Below the pieces are notes generated by a model, which worked only from the letters and a program-made list of their open reading frames with translations, had not been told where the DNA came from and did not search any database. From the NCBI GenBank assembly GCA_963760795.1, contig CAVXEP010000030.1:160001-224000 (forward strand): 64,000 bases of DNA. Direction: 5' to 3'. The position numbers and the translations under genes are program-made. Position 1 is the first letter of the stretch; every line of letters begins with the position of its first letter. Positions 11,447 to 20,988 of the stretch are shown in pieces. The DNA is from an uncultured delta proteobacterium. Its GTDB lineage: Bacteria > Desulfobacterota > Binatia > UBA9968.

Positions 11447-12733
11447 ATGGCGGATTTATTTCGGTTATCGGCGAGTGAGGCGGCGGCACGGATTCGCGAA
11501 GGCAAACTCACGTCCGAAGCTTTGGTACGCTCCTGTCTCGAGCGGATCCATTCACGAGAATCACAAGTCAAAGCATGGGTCCATTTGGACGACGATTTTG
11601 CCGTGGCGCAGGCGCGGGAATGCGACAAGAGCGCGAACCGCGGTCCGATTCACGGAGTTCCCTTCGCGGCCAAGGACATCATGGATACGGCCGACTTGCC
11701 TACCGAGTACGGATCGCCCATCTACAAAGGCAACCGTCCCGCGGCGGACGCGGCGTGCGTGGCACTGAGCCGCGCTGCCGGCGGGGTGCTTTTGGGCAAG
11801 ACGGTGACGACCGAGTTTGCCAGTCGAACTCCATTGGGAAACACGACCAATCCGCACAACCCCGCGCATACGCCCGGCGGTTCCTCCAGCGGCTCCGCCG
11901 CCGCGGTGGGCGACTTCATGGTGCCGCTGGCCTTCGGCACACAGACGGTCGGATCGGTGATCCGTCCGGCAGCGTTCTGCGGCTGCGTCGGTTACAAACC
12001 GAGCTACGGCGAAGTGAGCACGCAGGGCGTGAAGCAGAACACCGCGTCCTTCGACACTGTGGGGCTTTTCTCTCGCGCTGTGGAGGATCTCGCTTTGTTT
12101 CGCGCCGCGGTTACAGGATTCGCTCCGAAACCTCTGGCCGCCATTCCAATGAACCAACTCAAGATCGGCTTTTGCCGCATGTTTTGGGACCGCGCGGAGG
12201 AGTATACGAAAACTTTTCTCGAAGAGGCGGCAAGCACGTTAGCCAAGGCCGGAGCGAAGGTCGCCGTTTTCGATCTCGGCAAGCCGTTTGAAAACTTCGA
12301 GGCCATCGGTCGGCGCATCAATGATTACGAGTTTTCCCGCGGCCTTACCTGGGAGCGGAGTCATCATTGGAATCTTTTGAGCGAGTTCCAGCGCGACAAA
12401 TTCGCCGCACTCAATGTCTCTTACGAACAATATCGAGAAGCCGAAGGCGTGCTCGAACAGTGCCGCGGACATCTCGCCGACGCCATGAAGGATATCGACC
12501 TGCTGCTCACGCCCAGCGCTCTCGGAGAGGCTCCGGCAGGTCTCGCCAGTACGGGCGATACCTCGTTCAATATCCTGTCGACGTGGACTTACACTCCTTG
12601 CGTCACCTTACCGGTGTTTACCGGACCTACGGGTCTGCCGGTCGGCATTCAGCTCATCGGTCACCGCAACCAGGATCACCGTTTATTGGAAGGGGCCCAG
12701 GCGGTTTACCGGCTGTTCTCGAAATCCACATGA
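11447..12733 (+). CDS. amidase-signature family protein
   Basis: 'GPIHGVPFAAKD', 'GKTVTTEFA', 'TPGGSSSGSAAAV', 'GTQTVGSVIRPAAFCG'. Confidence 0.93.
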   Translation: MADLFRLSASEAAARIREGKLTSEALVRSCLERIHSRESQVKAWVHLDDDFAVAQARECDKSANRGPIHGVPFAAKDIMDTADLPTEYGSPIYKGNRPAADAACVALSRAAGGVLLGKTVTTEFASRTPLGNTTNPHNPAHTPGGSSSGSAAAVGDFMVPLAFGTQTVGSVIRPAAFCGCVGYKPSYGEVSTQGVKQNTASFDTVGLFSRAVEDLALFRAAVTGFAPKPLAAIPMNQLKIGFCRMFWDRAEEYTKTFLEEAASTLAKAGAKVAVFDLGKPFENFEAIGRRINDYEFSRGLTWERSHHWNLLSEFQRDKFAALNVSYEQYREAEGVLEQCRGHLADAMKDIDLLLTPSALGEAPAGLASTGDTSFNILSTWTYTPCVTLPVFTGPTGLPVGIQLIGHRNQDHRLLEGAQAVYRLFSKST

Positions 12734-12761
12734 CCTCCGGCCGAGCCTGGCCATGGACTCC

Positions 12762-12856
12762 GAGCGCGTTCAAAGCGTGCAACCGCTGCGCTCCATGAGG
12801 ATGGAGCGTGTTCAAAACGTTCAACCGCTGCGCTCCGTTCAAGTCGTTCAAAACGT
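12762..12856. repeat. tandem 33-bp REP-like palindromic units with GTTCAA sub-repeats
   Basis: 12762-12794 and 12804-12836 match at 30/33; each unit is GAGCG...CGCTC, followed by further GTTCAA motifs. Confidence 0.7.
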
Positions 12857-13243
12857 TGGGTTGGGTTGGAGCCGATGGGGTCACGATTGCGCGACGGTGC
12901 GATCGCTGACCGCGGCAGGCTCGACGTTCCGCCGTGCCGCCGGGAAAATTCTTACAAAAGCCAGCGGCGCCGCCGTGACGGTGGCGACTGCAACCGATGT
13001 GACCGCTCTATTCACCGCTTGATCGATGACGCCAAGTTTTTTTGCAATAGCGGCCGCCCAGAAAAAAACAACAGGAAGACAAACCCGAGCACTTTGAGCA
13101 GAATCAGCGCGCCGTTGTCCGGCAAAACCCAGGCGAAGCCGCTGCGGCCGACGATAATACCGGCGACTGGTTTGTCTGTCGAATTTGGCGGCCGCCAAAC
13201 GACTAAGGTGCAGGACCCTAATAAGAAACCAAGGAGAAAACCC

Positions 13244-13621
13244 ATGCAGTTCATGATGCTAATGATTCCCAATGTCTACAGAGACAATAAGAAGTTGCAC
13301 CCCGGCTTTGTGCCAGATCCAAAGAAAATTGAAGAGATGACCCGCTTTAATGAGGAGTTGGGCAAGTCCGTCAAAATCCTCTCTCTGAACGGCCTTCATC
13401 CACTCAACACCGGCGCGCGTGTTTCGTTCGGCAAAGGGAAGCCGACGGTGACCGATGGGCCGTTCATCGAGTCGAAAGAAGTGCTGGGCGGTTATTGGAT
13501 GGTGGAGGCCAACTCAAAAGAAGAGCTCGTGAAATGGGCGCAGCGGTGCCCCGCCGACGAAGGCGACGTGATCGAGATCCGGCAGATTTTTGCCGAGGCG
13601 GACTTCGCCATCAAAAAATAG
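13244..13621 (+). CDS. YciI/DGPF-family protein
   Basis: 'VTDGPFIESKEVLGGYW', 'IEIRQ'; AGGAG RBS before the ATG at 13244. Confidence 0.9.
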   Translation: MQFMMLMIPNVYRDNKKLHPGFVPDPKKIEEMTRFNEELGKSVKILSLNGLHPLNTGARVSFGKGKPTVTDGPFIESKEVLGGYWMVEANSKEELVKWAQRCPADEGDVIEIRQIFAEADFAIKK

Positions 13622-13678
13622 CAGGCGGCCAAAGTGGACCCGAGCCCGGCAGAAGCTCTGACGCGTAACGAAAGGTAA

Positions 13679-13813
13679 ATGTCACGACGATTTAAGCTTG
13701 TGGTGATCGCTGCAGTTATTTTTCTGTTGCTGGGAAGCGCCTGGCTTATTCGCGCGCAACAGACAAATAGGTTCCTGATGATTGAAGGCGCGAGCGCGCG
13801 GATGCCGACTTGA
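13679..13813 (+). pseudogene. 44-aa signal-peptide stub of an exported protein
   Basis: MSRRFKLVVIAAVIFLLLGSAWLIRAQQTNRFLMIEG...*, with a GAAAGG RBS. Confidence 0.4.
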
Positions 13814-13859
13814 GGCGGAGAAAGTTTCAGCTCGACATCCGCGCGATGCGGTGTTCGAA

Positions 13860-14723
13860 TTAGGAAGCCGCGGCCATGCGCAGCGACGCGGGTTTTTCTG
13901 AAAAGTTTTGCTTGAGCCACCATTCGGCGATTTCTATGCCGGTGGCGAACCACACGCCTTCGTGGCCCTTCATGTATTCGATCATTTCTTTGAGCGCGCT
14001 GGTTCTGCCGAGCCGGCTCGACACGTACGGATGCAGTTGGAAGGTCGTGAACATCGGCGCCGTCGCCGATTCGGCGTAAAGGTCGTGAAAGAAGCGCTTC
14101 CATAGCTGCAGGGCGTTGTCCGGATGATCGCCCGCCCGGTTCTGGTGTCCATAGAGGCGGCCGTCGCCGAACGGCTGGCGCGGCAGCTCGACCAGCCGCG
14201 ACTGGTCGTTTTCCCACACGTACGGCAGATCGTCGGCGAACGAATTGCTGTTCCACACGTATCCTTCTTCCATCAGCAGCTCAACGGTGGCGTCGTTTTG
14301 CGTGCACGTCCGCCAACCGATCGGACGCTTGCCGGTTCGTTTCATGAGCATGTCCGTGGTCCGCCGGATGCAATCCGTTTCTTCTTGCCGGGTCAGGTCG
14401 CGGGCAATTTCATGGTGGTAGCCGTGTCCCGCGACCTCATGTCCGCGCTCAACGATCGCTTTCATCGCGTCGGGGTATCTTTCCGCGATCCCACCGCAGG
14501 TGAGAAACGTCGTCTTGACGTTGACTTCGTCGAGCATGCGCAGGATCCGCCATATGCCGGTCTTGGGGCCGTATTCCCCTTCCGCGTAGTCTTCGTTGTT
14601 TAACTTTCCGTTCGGTCCCGGCCGCACCGGCTCGCCGCCCTGAAAATCGAAAGTGATGGCAACGGCGACGCGATTTTTATTGGGCCACGAGATTTGTCCC
14701 TTGGCATGGTTCTCGACGATCAT
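13860..14723 (-). CDS. polysaccharide deacetylase family (PuuE/HpPgdA-like)
   Basis: 'WPNKNRVAVAITFDF', 'YGPKTGIWRIL', 'HEVAGHGYHH', 'LHPYVS'. Confidence 0.88.
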   Translation of the reverse strand: MIVENHAKGQISWPNKNRVAVAITFDFQGGEPVRPGPNGKLNNEDYAEGEYGPKTGIWRILRMLDEVNVKTTFLTCGGIAERYPDAMKAIVERGHEVAGHGYHHEIARDLTRQEETDCIRRTTDMLMKRTGKRPIGWRTCTQNDATVELLMEEGYVWNSNSFADDLPYVWENDQSRLVELPRQPFGDGRLYGHQNRAGDHPDNALQLWKRFFHDLYAESATAPMFTTFQLHPYVSSRLGRTSALKEMIEYMKGHEGVWFATGIEIAEWWLKQNFSEKPASLRMAAAS

Positions 14724-14925
14724 ACCGACCTCCTTAGTTGTAATCTCAAAATATAACTGACTCTAAATGAGTTTCGTCGGAGGTGTCAACCCATTCGTCG
14801 GGAATCGAATCAAATCGCCGATCGCGTTGACCTGCATCTGACGCTTATGCTAATCGATAGGTTCTTAACCGCGACACCGCCAAAGGTTTGCTGTTCACAC
14901 CATCCATCACGATACTGGGAGGTTT

Positions 14926-15990
14926 ATGGGATTTACCCGATTGAAGTTATTGTGCATTGCAGTTTCTTTGTTCACCCTTCAGTGGATCGTCGGCGCCTGG
15001 GCGCAAAGCAAAAAGCCGGTCTCCATGGCCGAACTCGCGGCTTACACTGGCGCCGATCGCGAGCAGCGGCTTGTCGCGGGCGCCAAAGCTGAAGGCAAGG
15101 TCGTTTGGTACACCTCGCTGGCGGGGAGCTCATACAAGGATCTCGCCAACGGCTTTGAAGCAAAGTATCCGGGAATCAAAGTCGAGACCTATCGGGGCAC
15201 GAGTACCGATGTCATGAGCCGGATCACCGCCGAGGCCCAGGCCAAGCAGATCCTCGTTGACGTTTTGGAAACGACGGTGCCGCCGCTGACTTATTTGCGC
15301 GAGAATAAACTGCTTGCCGCCTACACCTCTCCCCATCTGAAAAAATATCCCGCCAGCACAAAAGAAAACGCCGGCCGAGGGCTGGTCTATTGGGCGGTCG
15401 ATCGCGAGACGTACAGCGGCATCGGCTACAACACGACGCTGATTCCGGCGTCTGCCGCACCAAAAAAATATGACGACCTTTTGAAACCCGAGCTCAAGGG
15501 GAAAATCGGCTTCGTTTCCAACGAAACCGGAGTGAGAGCGATCGGAGCGATACTCAAGGTTAAAGGTGAAGAGTTCGTGAAAAAACTCAAGGCGCAGGAA
15601 GTCATTCTGCACTCCGTCTCCGGGCGAGCGATGGCGGACCTGGTGGTTTCGGGTGAAGTGCCTCTGTCACCGACCATCTTTCGCGACCATGCCATCGAGG
15701 TGAAGGGCAAAGGAGCGCCGGTCGAGTGGGTGCCAATGGATGTCGTGCCGACCAACACCGGCGGCGTAGCGATCATGACGCAGGCGGCGCGGCCGCATGC
15801 CGCGGTGCTGATGGCCGATTTTCTTCTCAGCCCGGAAGGCGCAAAGATTCTCGGCGACCTGAACTATGGCGGTCCTCTGAAGCCAACGCCGTACAAGCTT
15901 TGGTACCCTGAAGCAGGCATGTCCACCGCCCAGTACGACCAAGCGATGCAACGATGGGAGAAGCTGCTCCGGGAAATCGGCCGCAAATGA
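14926..15990 (+). CDS. ABC-type solute-binding protein (AfuA/Fe3+-like family)
   Basis: Signal peptide, 'AKAEGKVVWYTS', 'YNT', 'GAPVEW', 'PHAAVL..DFLLS.EG'. Confidence 0.85.
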   Translation: MGFTRLKLLCIAVSLFTLQWIVGAWAQSKKPVSMAELAAYTGADREQRLVAGAKAEGKVVWYTSLAGSSYKDLANGFEAKYPGIKVETYRGTSTDVMSRITAEAQAKQILVDVLETTVPPLTYLRENKLLAAYTSPHLKKYPASTKENAGRGLVYWAVDRETYSGIGYNTTLIPASAAPKKYDDLLKPELKGKIGFVSNETGVRAIGAILKVKGEEFVKKLKAQEVILHSVSGRAMADLVVSGEVPLSPTIFRDHAIEVKGKGAPVEWVPMDVVPTNTGGVAIMTQAARPHAAVLMADFLLSPEGAKILGDLNYGGPLKPTPYKLWYPEAGMSTAQYDQAMQRWEKLLREIGRK

Positions 15991-16103
15991 AGATCGAATG
16001 TAAAGGAATGGAATGCGACCGGGTCTAATTGTTTCGACGCCGCGGATCGCTCGTGCCCATAAAAGCTTGACGAGCAAGGACTAACGGCGCGCGTTAAGTC
16101 TAT

Positions 16104-17329
16104 TTAAAAGCGCTCGCCCTCCGCCCGCGCCGCCATCCAGGCAGCGAGAAGAGCTCCCGTCACTGCGGCGAACTGCACCGTCGCCATCGGCACCCAGGTG
16201 AGCGGCAAAGTGCACCGTCGCCATCGGCACCCAGGCCGTCCGCGAGCAGTCCGGTAAGCTGCTGCAGCGCGGCCGGCCAGAAGAGCTGCGAGAACACCAC
16301 CGCGCCCGACGCCGAACCGGCCAGCTCCGTATCGACCGCCATCGCGCCGGCTTGAGCGTAGGGCATGGAGAGGCCCTGGGCGAGGCTGACGAACATTCCC
16401 GGGATATAGAGCGCGGCCATGGAAATGCCGCCGAAATAAAGCCAGCCAATGAGCAGCGCGCCGTTGGCGACGCCTATCACGCCGCCCAGGATGGTCATGA
16501 ATTCGATTGAACGGTTTGCTCCGATGCGGCCCGAGATGAAACTCCCGGACATGAAGCCGACCGGGAAGGCGAAGAACCACAGGCCGATCTTAGCGGCATC
16601 GGCGCCGAGATGTTCGGTGGCGAGAAATGATGCCGCGGTCGCCTGGGTGAAGAAGGCGGCCGACATCATTCCCGGCTGTAGCATGAAACCGACGAAGCGC
16701 GGGCGACGTAACAGCGATTTATAGCCGGCGAATACGCCGCGCGGCGCGCCGGCGTTGCGCGCGCGGGTTTCCGGCACCGCGAAAGCCACCGCGAGGATCA
16801 CCACCAGACCGACAACCGACGCTAACACGAACAGCGCGCGCCAGCCGAACAGCACAGTCAAGTGGCCGCCGATCGGCGGCGCAAACATCGGCCCGAGCAC
16901 GTAGGCGGCGGTGAGATAGGCGATCACCTGGGCAACGCGGTCCTGGCCGTAGACATCGCGGGCGATGGCGCGCGCCAGCACGACGCCGCAACCCGCCCCC
17001 GCTCCCTGCAGTATGCGTCCCGCCAGCAGCATCGGCATGTTGGCGGCGATCATGCAGCTGGCGGCGCCGCAGGTAAACAACACCAGGCCGCCCAGGAGCA
17101 CGCGCTTGCGCCCGAAGCGGTCGGACAAGCCGCCGTACGCAACCGTGAAAAAGGCCATCGAGAACATCGCCAGCGACATGGTGAGCTGCGCCATGCCGGT
17201 CGAGACTCCGAACGCTTCCTTCACCGCCGGCATGGCCGGGATGAAGAGATGGAGCGACAACGGCCCGATGAAAGTGATGGAGACCAGCGCGACGAAAAAA
17301 TACCAGCGCGGCCGGAAGGAAATCGTCAT
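16104..17329 (-). CDS. Bcr/CflA-family efflux MFS transporter; last TM helix disrupted by a duplication
   Basis: 'YGGLSDRFGRK', 'GRILQG.G', 'ARAIARD'; the native tail 'TWVPMATVQFAAVTGALLAAW...RF*' (to 16104) is out of frame. Confidence 0.8.
16165..16235. repeat. 34-bp imperfect tandem duplication
   Basis: 16165-16198 vs 16202-16235, 32/34 identical. Confidence 0.85.
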
Positions 17330-17357
17330 GGAGAAATCTTCGGAATCGTGCCCGTGA

Positions 17358-18269
17358 CTACTGGTCCACGCCGGCCGACCAAAACTCGGCGATCTCGCCG
17401 CAAGTCGGAAACCAGATTTCGCCGCGACTGCGCACATGGGCAAGAAAATCGTCGAGGAGACGTGACATGCCGACCGTGCCGCTTACATGCGGATGGATGG
17501 CGTAACAGAATTTCATCGGATGACGTTTAGACTCTTCGAATGTCGCGTCAAAGGCATATTTGATCTCCGCCAGCCCCTGGATGATACCGCGCGATGAGAG
17601 ATCGCCATCGGTGTAGCCGGGCGTGGCGTAGCTGATCGCGACGATGCGCCTGTCGTTACTGGCAATGACGTAAGGAAAGTCAGAATCGACATAATCGCTC
17701 GTCCACAGAAAGCCGCTTTCCATCAGAAGATCGAGTGTGAAAGGCGTCGGACGAGGACCGGGCGATAGATAACCGCGGACCTTGCTGCCGATGGCGTTCT
17801 CGATCGCCGCGACGGTTCTGACGAGAGATGACTGTTCTTCTTCACGCGACGTGAACATCGGCGGAAATACGCTCATGTCCCATTGATGCGCGGCAACCTC
17901 GTGCCCGCGATCGCGGCTCGCGCGAACGGTCGCCGGGAAAAGTTCCGCGGTCAAGCCGTTAGTCGGGATGGTCGCCTTGATCCCGTGCTTGTCCAGCACA
18001 TCGAGCAGCCGCCAGATGCCGTGGCGCGCGCCATATTCGCGCACGCCGAGCGCAAGAAAATCGAACTTGTTTTGATGATCGTGGCGGTTTTGCAGATCAA
18101 CCGCCATCGGACGTTTGCGGTGGCGCGGCACGGACTCCCACTCGTTGAGAATGAGGATCTGAACCGCCATCATCGCGCCGTTGGGCCAGGCACGAAACCA
18201 CTCCGGGCGGACCGGAATCTGCGGGCGCAAATCCCATTGATAAGATAAGACGATCGGGTCTGACATCAC
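17358..18269 (-). CDS. polysaccharide deacetylase family (PuuE-like)
   Basis: 'WPNGA', 'EYGARHGIWRLL', 'HEVAAHQW', 'IHPHVSG'. Confidence 0.85.
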   Translation of the reverse strand: MMSDPIVLSYQWDLRPQIPVRPEWFRAWPNGAMMAVQILILNEWESVPRHRKRPMAVDLQNRHDHQNKFDFLALGVREYGARHGIWRLLDVLDKHGIKATIPTNGLTAELFPATVRASRDRGHEVAAHQWDMSVFPPMFTSREEEQSSLVRTVAAIENAIGSKVRGYLSPGPRPTPFTLDLLMESGFLWTSDYVDSDFPYVIASNDRRIVAISYATPGYTDGDLSSRGIIQGLAEIKYAFDATFEESKRHPMKFCYAIHPHVSGTVGMSRLLDDFLAHVRSRGEIWFPTCGEIAEFWSAGVDQ

Positions 18270-18324
18270 AAATCACACATTCTGACGCGAGCCATATCGC
18301 CGACCTGTTCGGGGGACAACCAGG

Positions 18325-18440
18325 TCAGACTTTTACTTCATGGCTTTGATCGCGCCGCCGTAAGTTTTTCCTTCCACTCGGCCTGCTTGTGCACGAACCT
18401 ACTGGCGAAATAGTGCCGGGTCGGATCGATGGGAACGCGC
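18325..18440 (-). repeat. degraded duplicate of the bicupin gene 3' end and downstream flank (partner 19550-19687)
   Basis: Shared TCCACTCGGCCTGCTTGTGCACG, CGAAATAGTG, GGTCGGATCGATGGG, TCAGAC.TTTACTTCATG; internal deletion in this copy. Confidence 0.85.
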
Positions 18441-18495
18441 GATCAGACATAACACTTCACTTACTACTATCTTCCCGTTCGCCAAAGAAGAAACG

Positions 18496-19503
18496 CTAGC
18501 GAGTTCGACTTAAGGCGGCGACCCATTGCGGTTGGGTGACGCTCCACATGCCTTTACGGGGGCCGTCATCTTCGATGCGCAGGTCCACGGCTTCGGGGTT
18601 GTGACGCAGCAGTGCGGCGGCGGCCTCGAATTTTTCGAGGCCTTCGACGCTGGCGAGGAGTGCAATCGAGGCGAGCGCGATCAGGTCGGCGAGATTGTGT
18701 CCATAAAGTCGGCTCGGCTGGCGGCGCACGTTGATTTCCACCGGAGTCCCCGCGGCACCGAGCAGTTCGGCAATTGCGCCGCCGCCCTCCGCGGGTAGTC
18801 CTAGCAAGCGGCGGCGCTCGGCGATGACTGAGAGATGCCGCGCGTTGGCGCCGGTGTCGCCGCCGTGCTCGATAAAACTTTTCAGCGCGAGTCCGGTATA
18901 GCCGACGGTTTCGTCGGTCACGACGACGAACAGCACACCGCCGGGCTTCAAGAAGCGCACCATCCTTGTGACGCTGGCGGAAAGGTCTTTTACGAAATAG
19001 ATCATGTGCAGTGCAAGACCGAGGTCAATATTGCCATCGGACGGTAGCTTTTCCCCCGAGCGCTCGGCTGCTGCGTCGATCTCATCAAATTCTGTAGCCA
19101 GCGCCATACCTGGCCGCAAATGCGCCATTGTTTTTAGAAAAGCACGATAGTTTGCGAGGTATTCGGGATTGGGCTCCTCGATCGAGACGCGGGTGCCCTG
19201 CGGCACTGAATCGGCGACCAGGGCGAAGGTTTGACCGTCACCGGCTCCAAAGTCGAAGATGTGACCGTCGCTCGGCACCGACGTTTCTATGGCGCGGCGG
19301 AGCTCGGGCACGAACATGTCGCGCTGGTCGGTGCCCATCATCAGCACCCGCCCAAGTGGATCCGGCTTCAGCAGCCGAGCGAAGGCGTTGCGGTACTGGC
19401 GGTGTGGGTCGAGCCCCTCAAATTCGTTGCGCACGAGTTCGAGCGCTTCCTCGAATTGAGGTGCGAGGTTCTCTACTCTGTTCCGGTCAATCTGAATCGG
19501 CAT
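18496..19503 (-). CDS. class I SAM-dependent methyltransferase
   Basis: 'IFDFGAGDG', 'IEEPN', 'DL.LALHMIYFV', 'LKPGG'. Confidence 0.8.
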   Translation of the reverse strand: MPIQIDRNRVENLAPQFEEALELVRNEFEGLDPHRQYRNAFARLLKPDPLGRVLMMGTDQRDMFVPELRRAIETSVPSDGHIFDFGAGDGQTFALVADSVPQGTRVSIEEPNPEYLANYRAFLKTMAHLRPGMALATEFDEIDAAAERSGEKLPSDGNIDLGLALHMIYFVKDLSASVTRMVRFLKPGGVLFVVVTDETVGYTGLALKSFIEHGGDTGANARHLSVIAERRRLLGLPAEGGGAIAELLGAAGTPVEINVRRQPSRLYGHNLADLIALASIALLASVEGLEKFEAAAALLRHNPEAVDLRIEDDGPRKGMWSVTQPQWVAALSRTR

Positions 19504-19578
19504 GGGACTATATAAAGTGACAGGCTACTTTTCCATTCGGTCACCGGGCTCAGACATTTACTTCATGACTTTCTGGAC

Positions 19579-20715
19579 TCACCGCGCCGCCGCAAGTTTC
19601 TCTCTCCACTCGGCCTGCTTGTGCACGGTCGATTTGATCTCGAACTTGCTGTCGAAATAGTGTCTGGTCGGATCGATGGGGACGCGCCAGCGCACTTTAC
19701 TATAGAAGTTGAGCCGCAGAAAATTCTCATCTTCGGGTGGGATGCTGATCACGCTGTGGGAAATGCCCAACGGGATGATGGTGATCTCGCCGGGAGAAAC
19801 TTCGACGTTCTCGAACTCGGAAAGATCGAGCGCGTCGCCGCGGAACTGAATCCGCACTTCCTCGCTGCGCAGCGCCCGATGAAAAGCGAACTGCTCGTCC
19901 TGCATGTTGTAGGTGCGTATCCGCATATTGGCCGACTCCATCAGCGGCTGGGTGCCGGCGTCTTCGCGCCCCTTGCCGACGATCGCCGTAAAGTGATCGA
20001 AGGCGCGCAGCTTGCGCACCAGACTTCCCGGCTTGCCGCGTCCTATTCCGGCGACGCCTACGAGCGATTCGTAATCGCGCTCGACCACCGTCTGGTCCTC
20101 CGAGCCATCGTCCCAGAAATGCATCTTCTCAATCACCGGCCCCTTCGTCGGCGTATTCGTCCCCTGCGCCGCCGTCCAATTGGGACCGCCGAGGCGCTTG
20201 ACCTCGAAGCTGGTTTGACTCGTGTACTGGTCGTCGTTCATGACGTAGTCCACCGCCTCGTGGCTTTGGCAGAAATAGCGCAGACTGTCGTTGCGTCCGA
20301 TCGAGCGATGGGCGATGCCGCCGGGAACCAGCATCACATCGCCGGGCTCCATATCATAGACGCCGAACTCGGTTTCCACTTTGCTGTTGCCGCAAAATTG
20401 GAAATAGACCATGTCCGAGTCGACGTAGCGGTGAAAGCTGTCCTGCACACCGACGACGCTCTCGACGCCGATGCGGTGATATTCGTTTTCGAGGATCACC
20501 AACGATTGATTGGGGATGCTGAGCATGTCGAAGGGGCGAAAGCGCGGCGTGTAGTGGGTGCTTTTTGCCGTGCCCATCAAACCGGTCTTGCGGCGCTCCG
20601 CCCAAGCCGCGAGCCCTGGCCTGGGAAAGTCCTTCCATGTGGTCATGAACTCGCCGATCTGCTGCTGTTTGTAGACCTTTTCTTCCGCCGCTTTGGTTTC
20701 TGGTCTCCGATACAT
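19579..20715 (-). CDS. bicupin protein (homogentisate/hydroquinone dioxygenase-like)
   Basis: Two cupin repeats: 'FHRYVDSD...VPGGIAH' and 'FHRALRSEE...IPLGISH'. Confidence 0.7.
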   Translation of the reverse strand: MYRRPETKAAEEKVYKQQQIGEFMTTWKDFPRPGLAAWAERRKTGLMGTAKSTHYTPRFRPFDMLSIPNQSLVILENEYHRIGVESVVGVQDSFHRYVDSDMVYFQFCGNSKVETEFGVYDMEPGDVMLVPGGIAHRSIGRNDSLRYFCQSHEAVDYVMNDDQYTSQTSFEVKRLGGPNWTAAQGTNTPTKGPVIEKMHFWDDGSEDQTVVERDYESLVGVAGIGRGKPGSLVRKLRAFDHFTAIVGKGREDAGTQPLMESANMRIRTYNMQDEQFAFHRALRSEEVRIQFRGDALDLSEFENVEVSPGEITIIPLGISHSVISIPPEDENFLRLNFYSKVRWRVPIDPTRHYFDSKFEIKSTVHKQAEWREKLAAAR

Positions 20716-20988
20716 GATTCCTCCGTGCGCGATGATTGACGTTAATACGATTATGAAGGTGAGCTACAGAAGGTCCGGCTGATTGTCAAGGCGAAGTCTT
20801 GCGCCGTTGACCTTTCGGCAACGATAGGACAAGCCGAAGGGCATCACTATTGATTAATCTCCGGCGTCCAGACGAGATGGCTGCGAGTACGATCAGCGCG
20901 GCAATTTAACGCGTGGTTTGTTCGCCGACGCGCAATGCATAGCGAGTATTCCCGTCCGACGCTGATAACAACTGCCATCCTCTTTGCG

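Noticed and set aside
12762-12856. CRISPR array
   Set aside because: Only two units with a 9-nt gap; no spacers and no cas genes.
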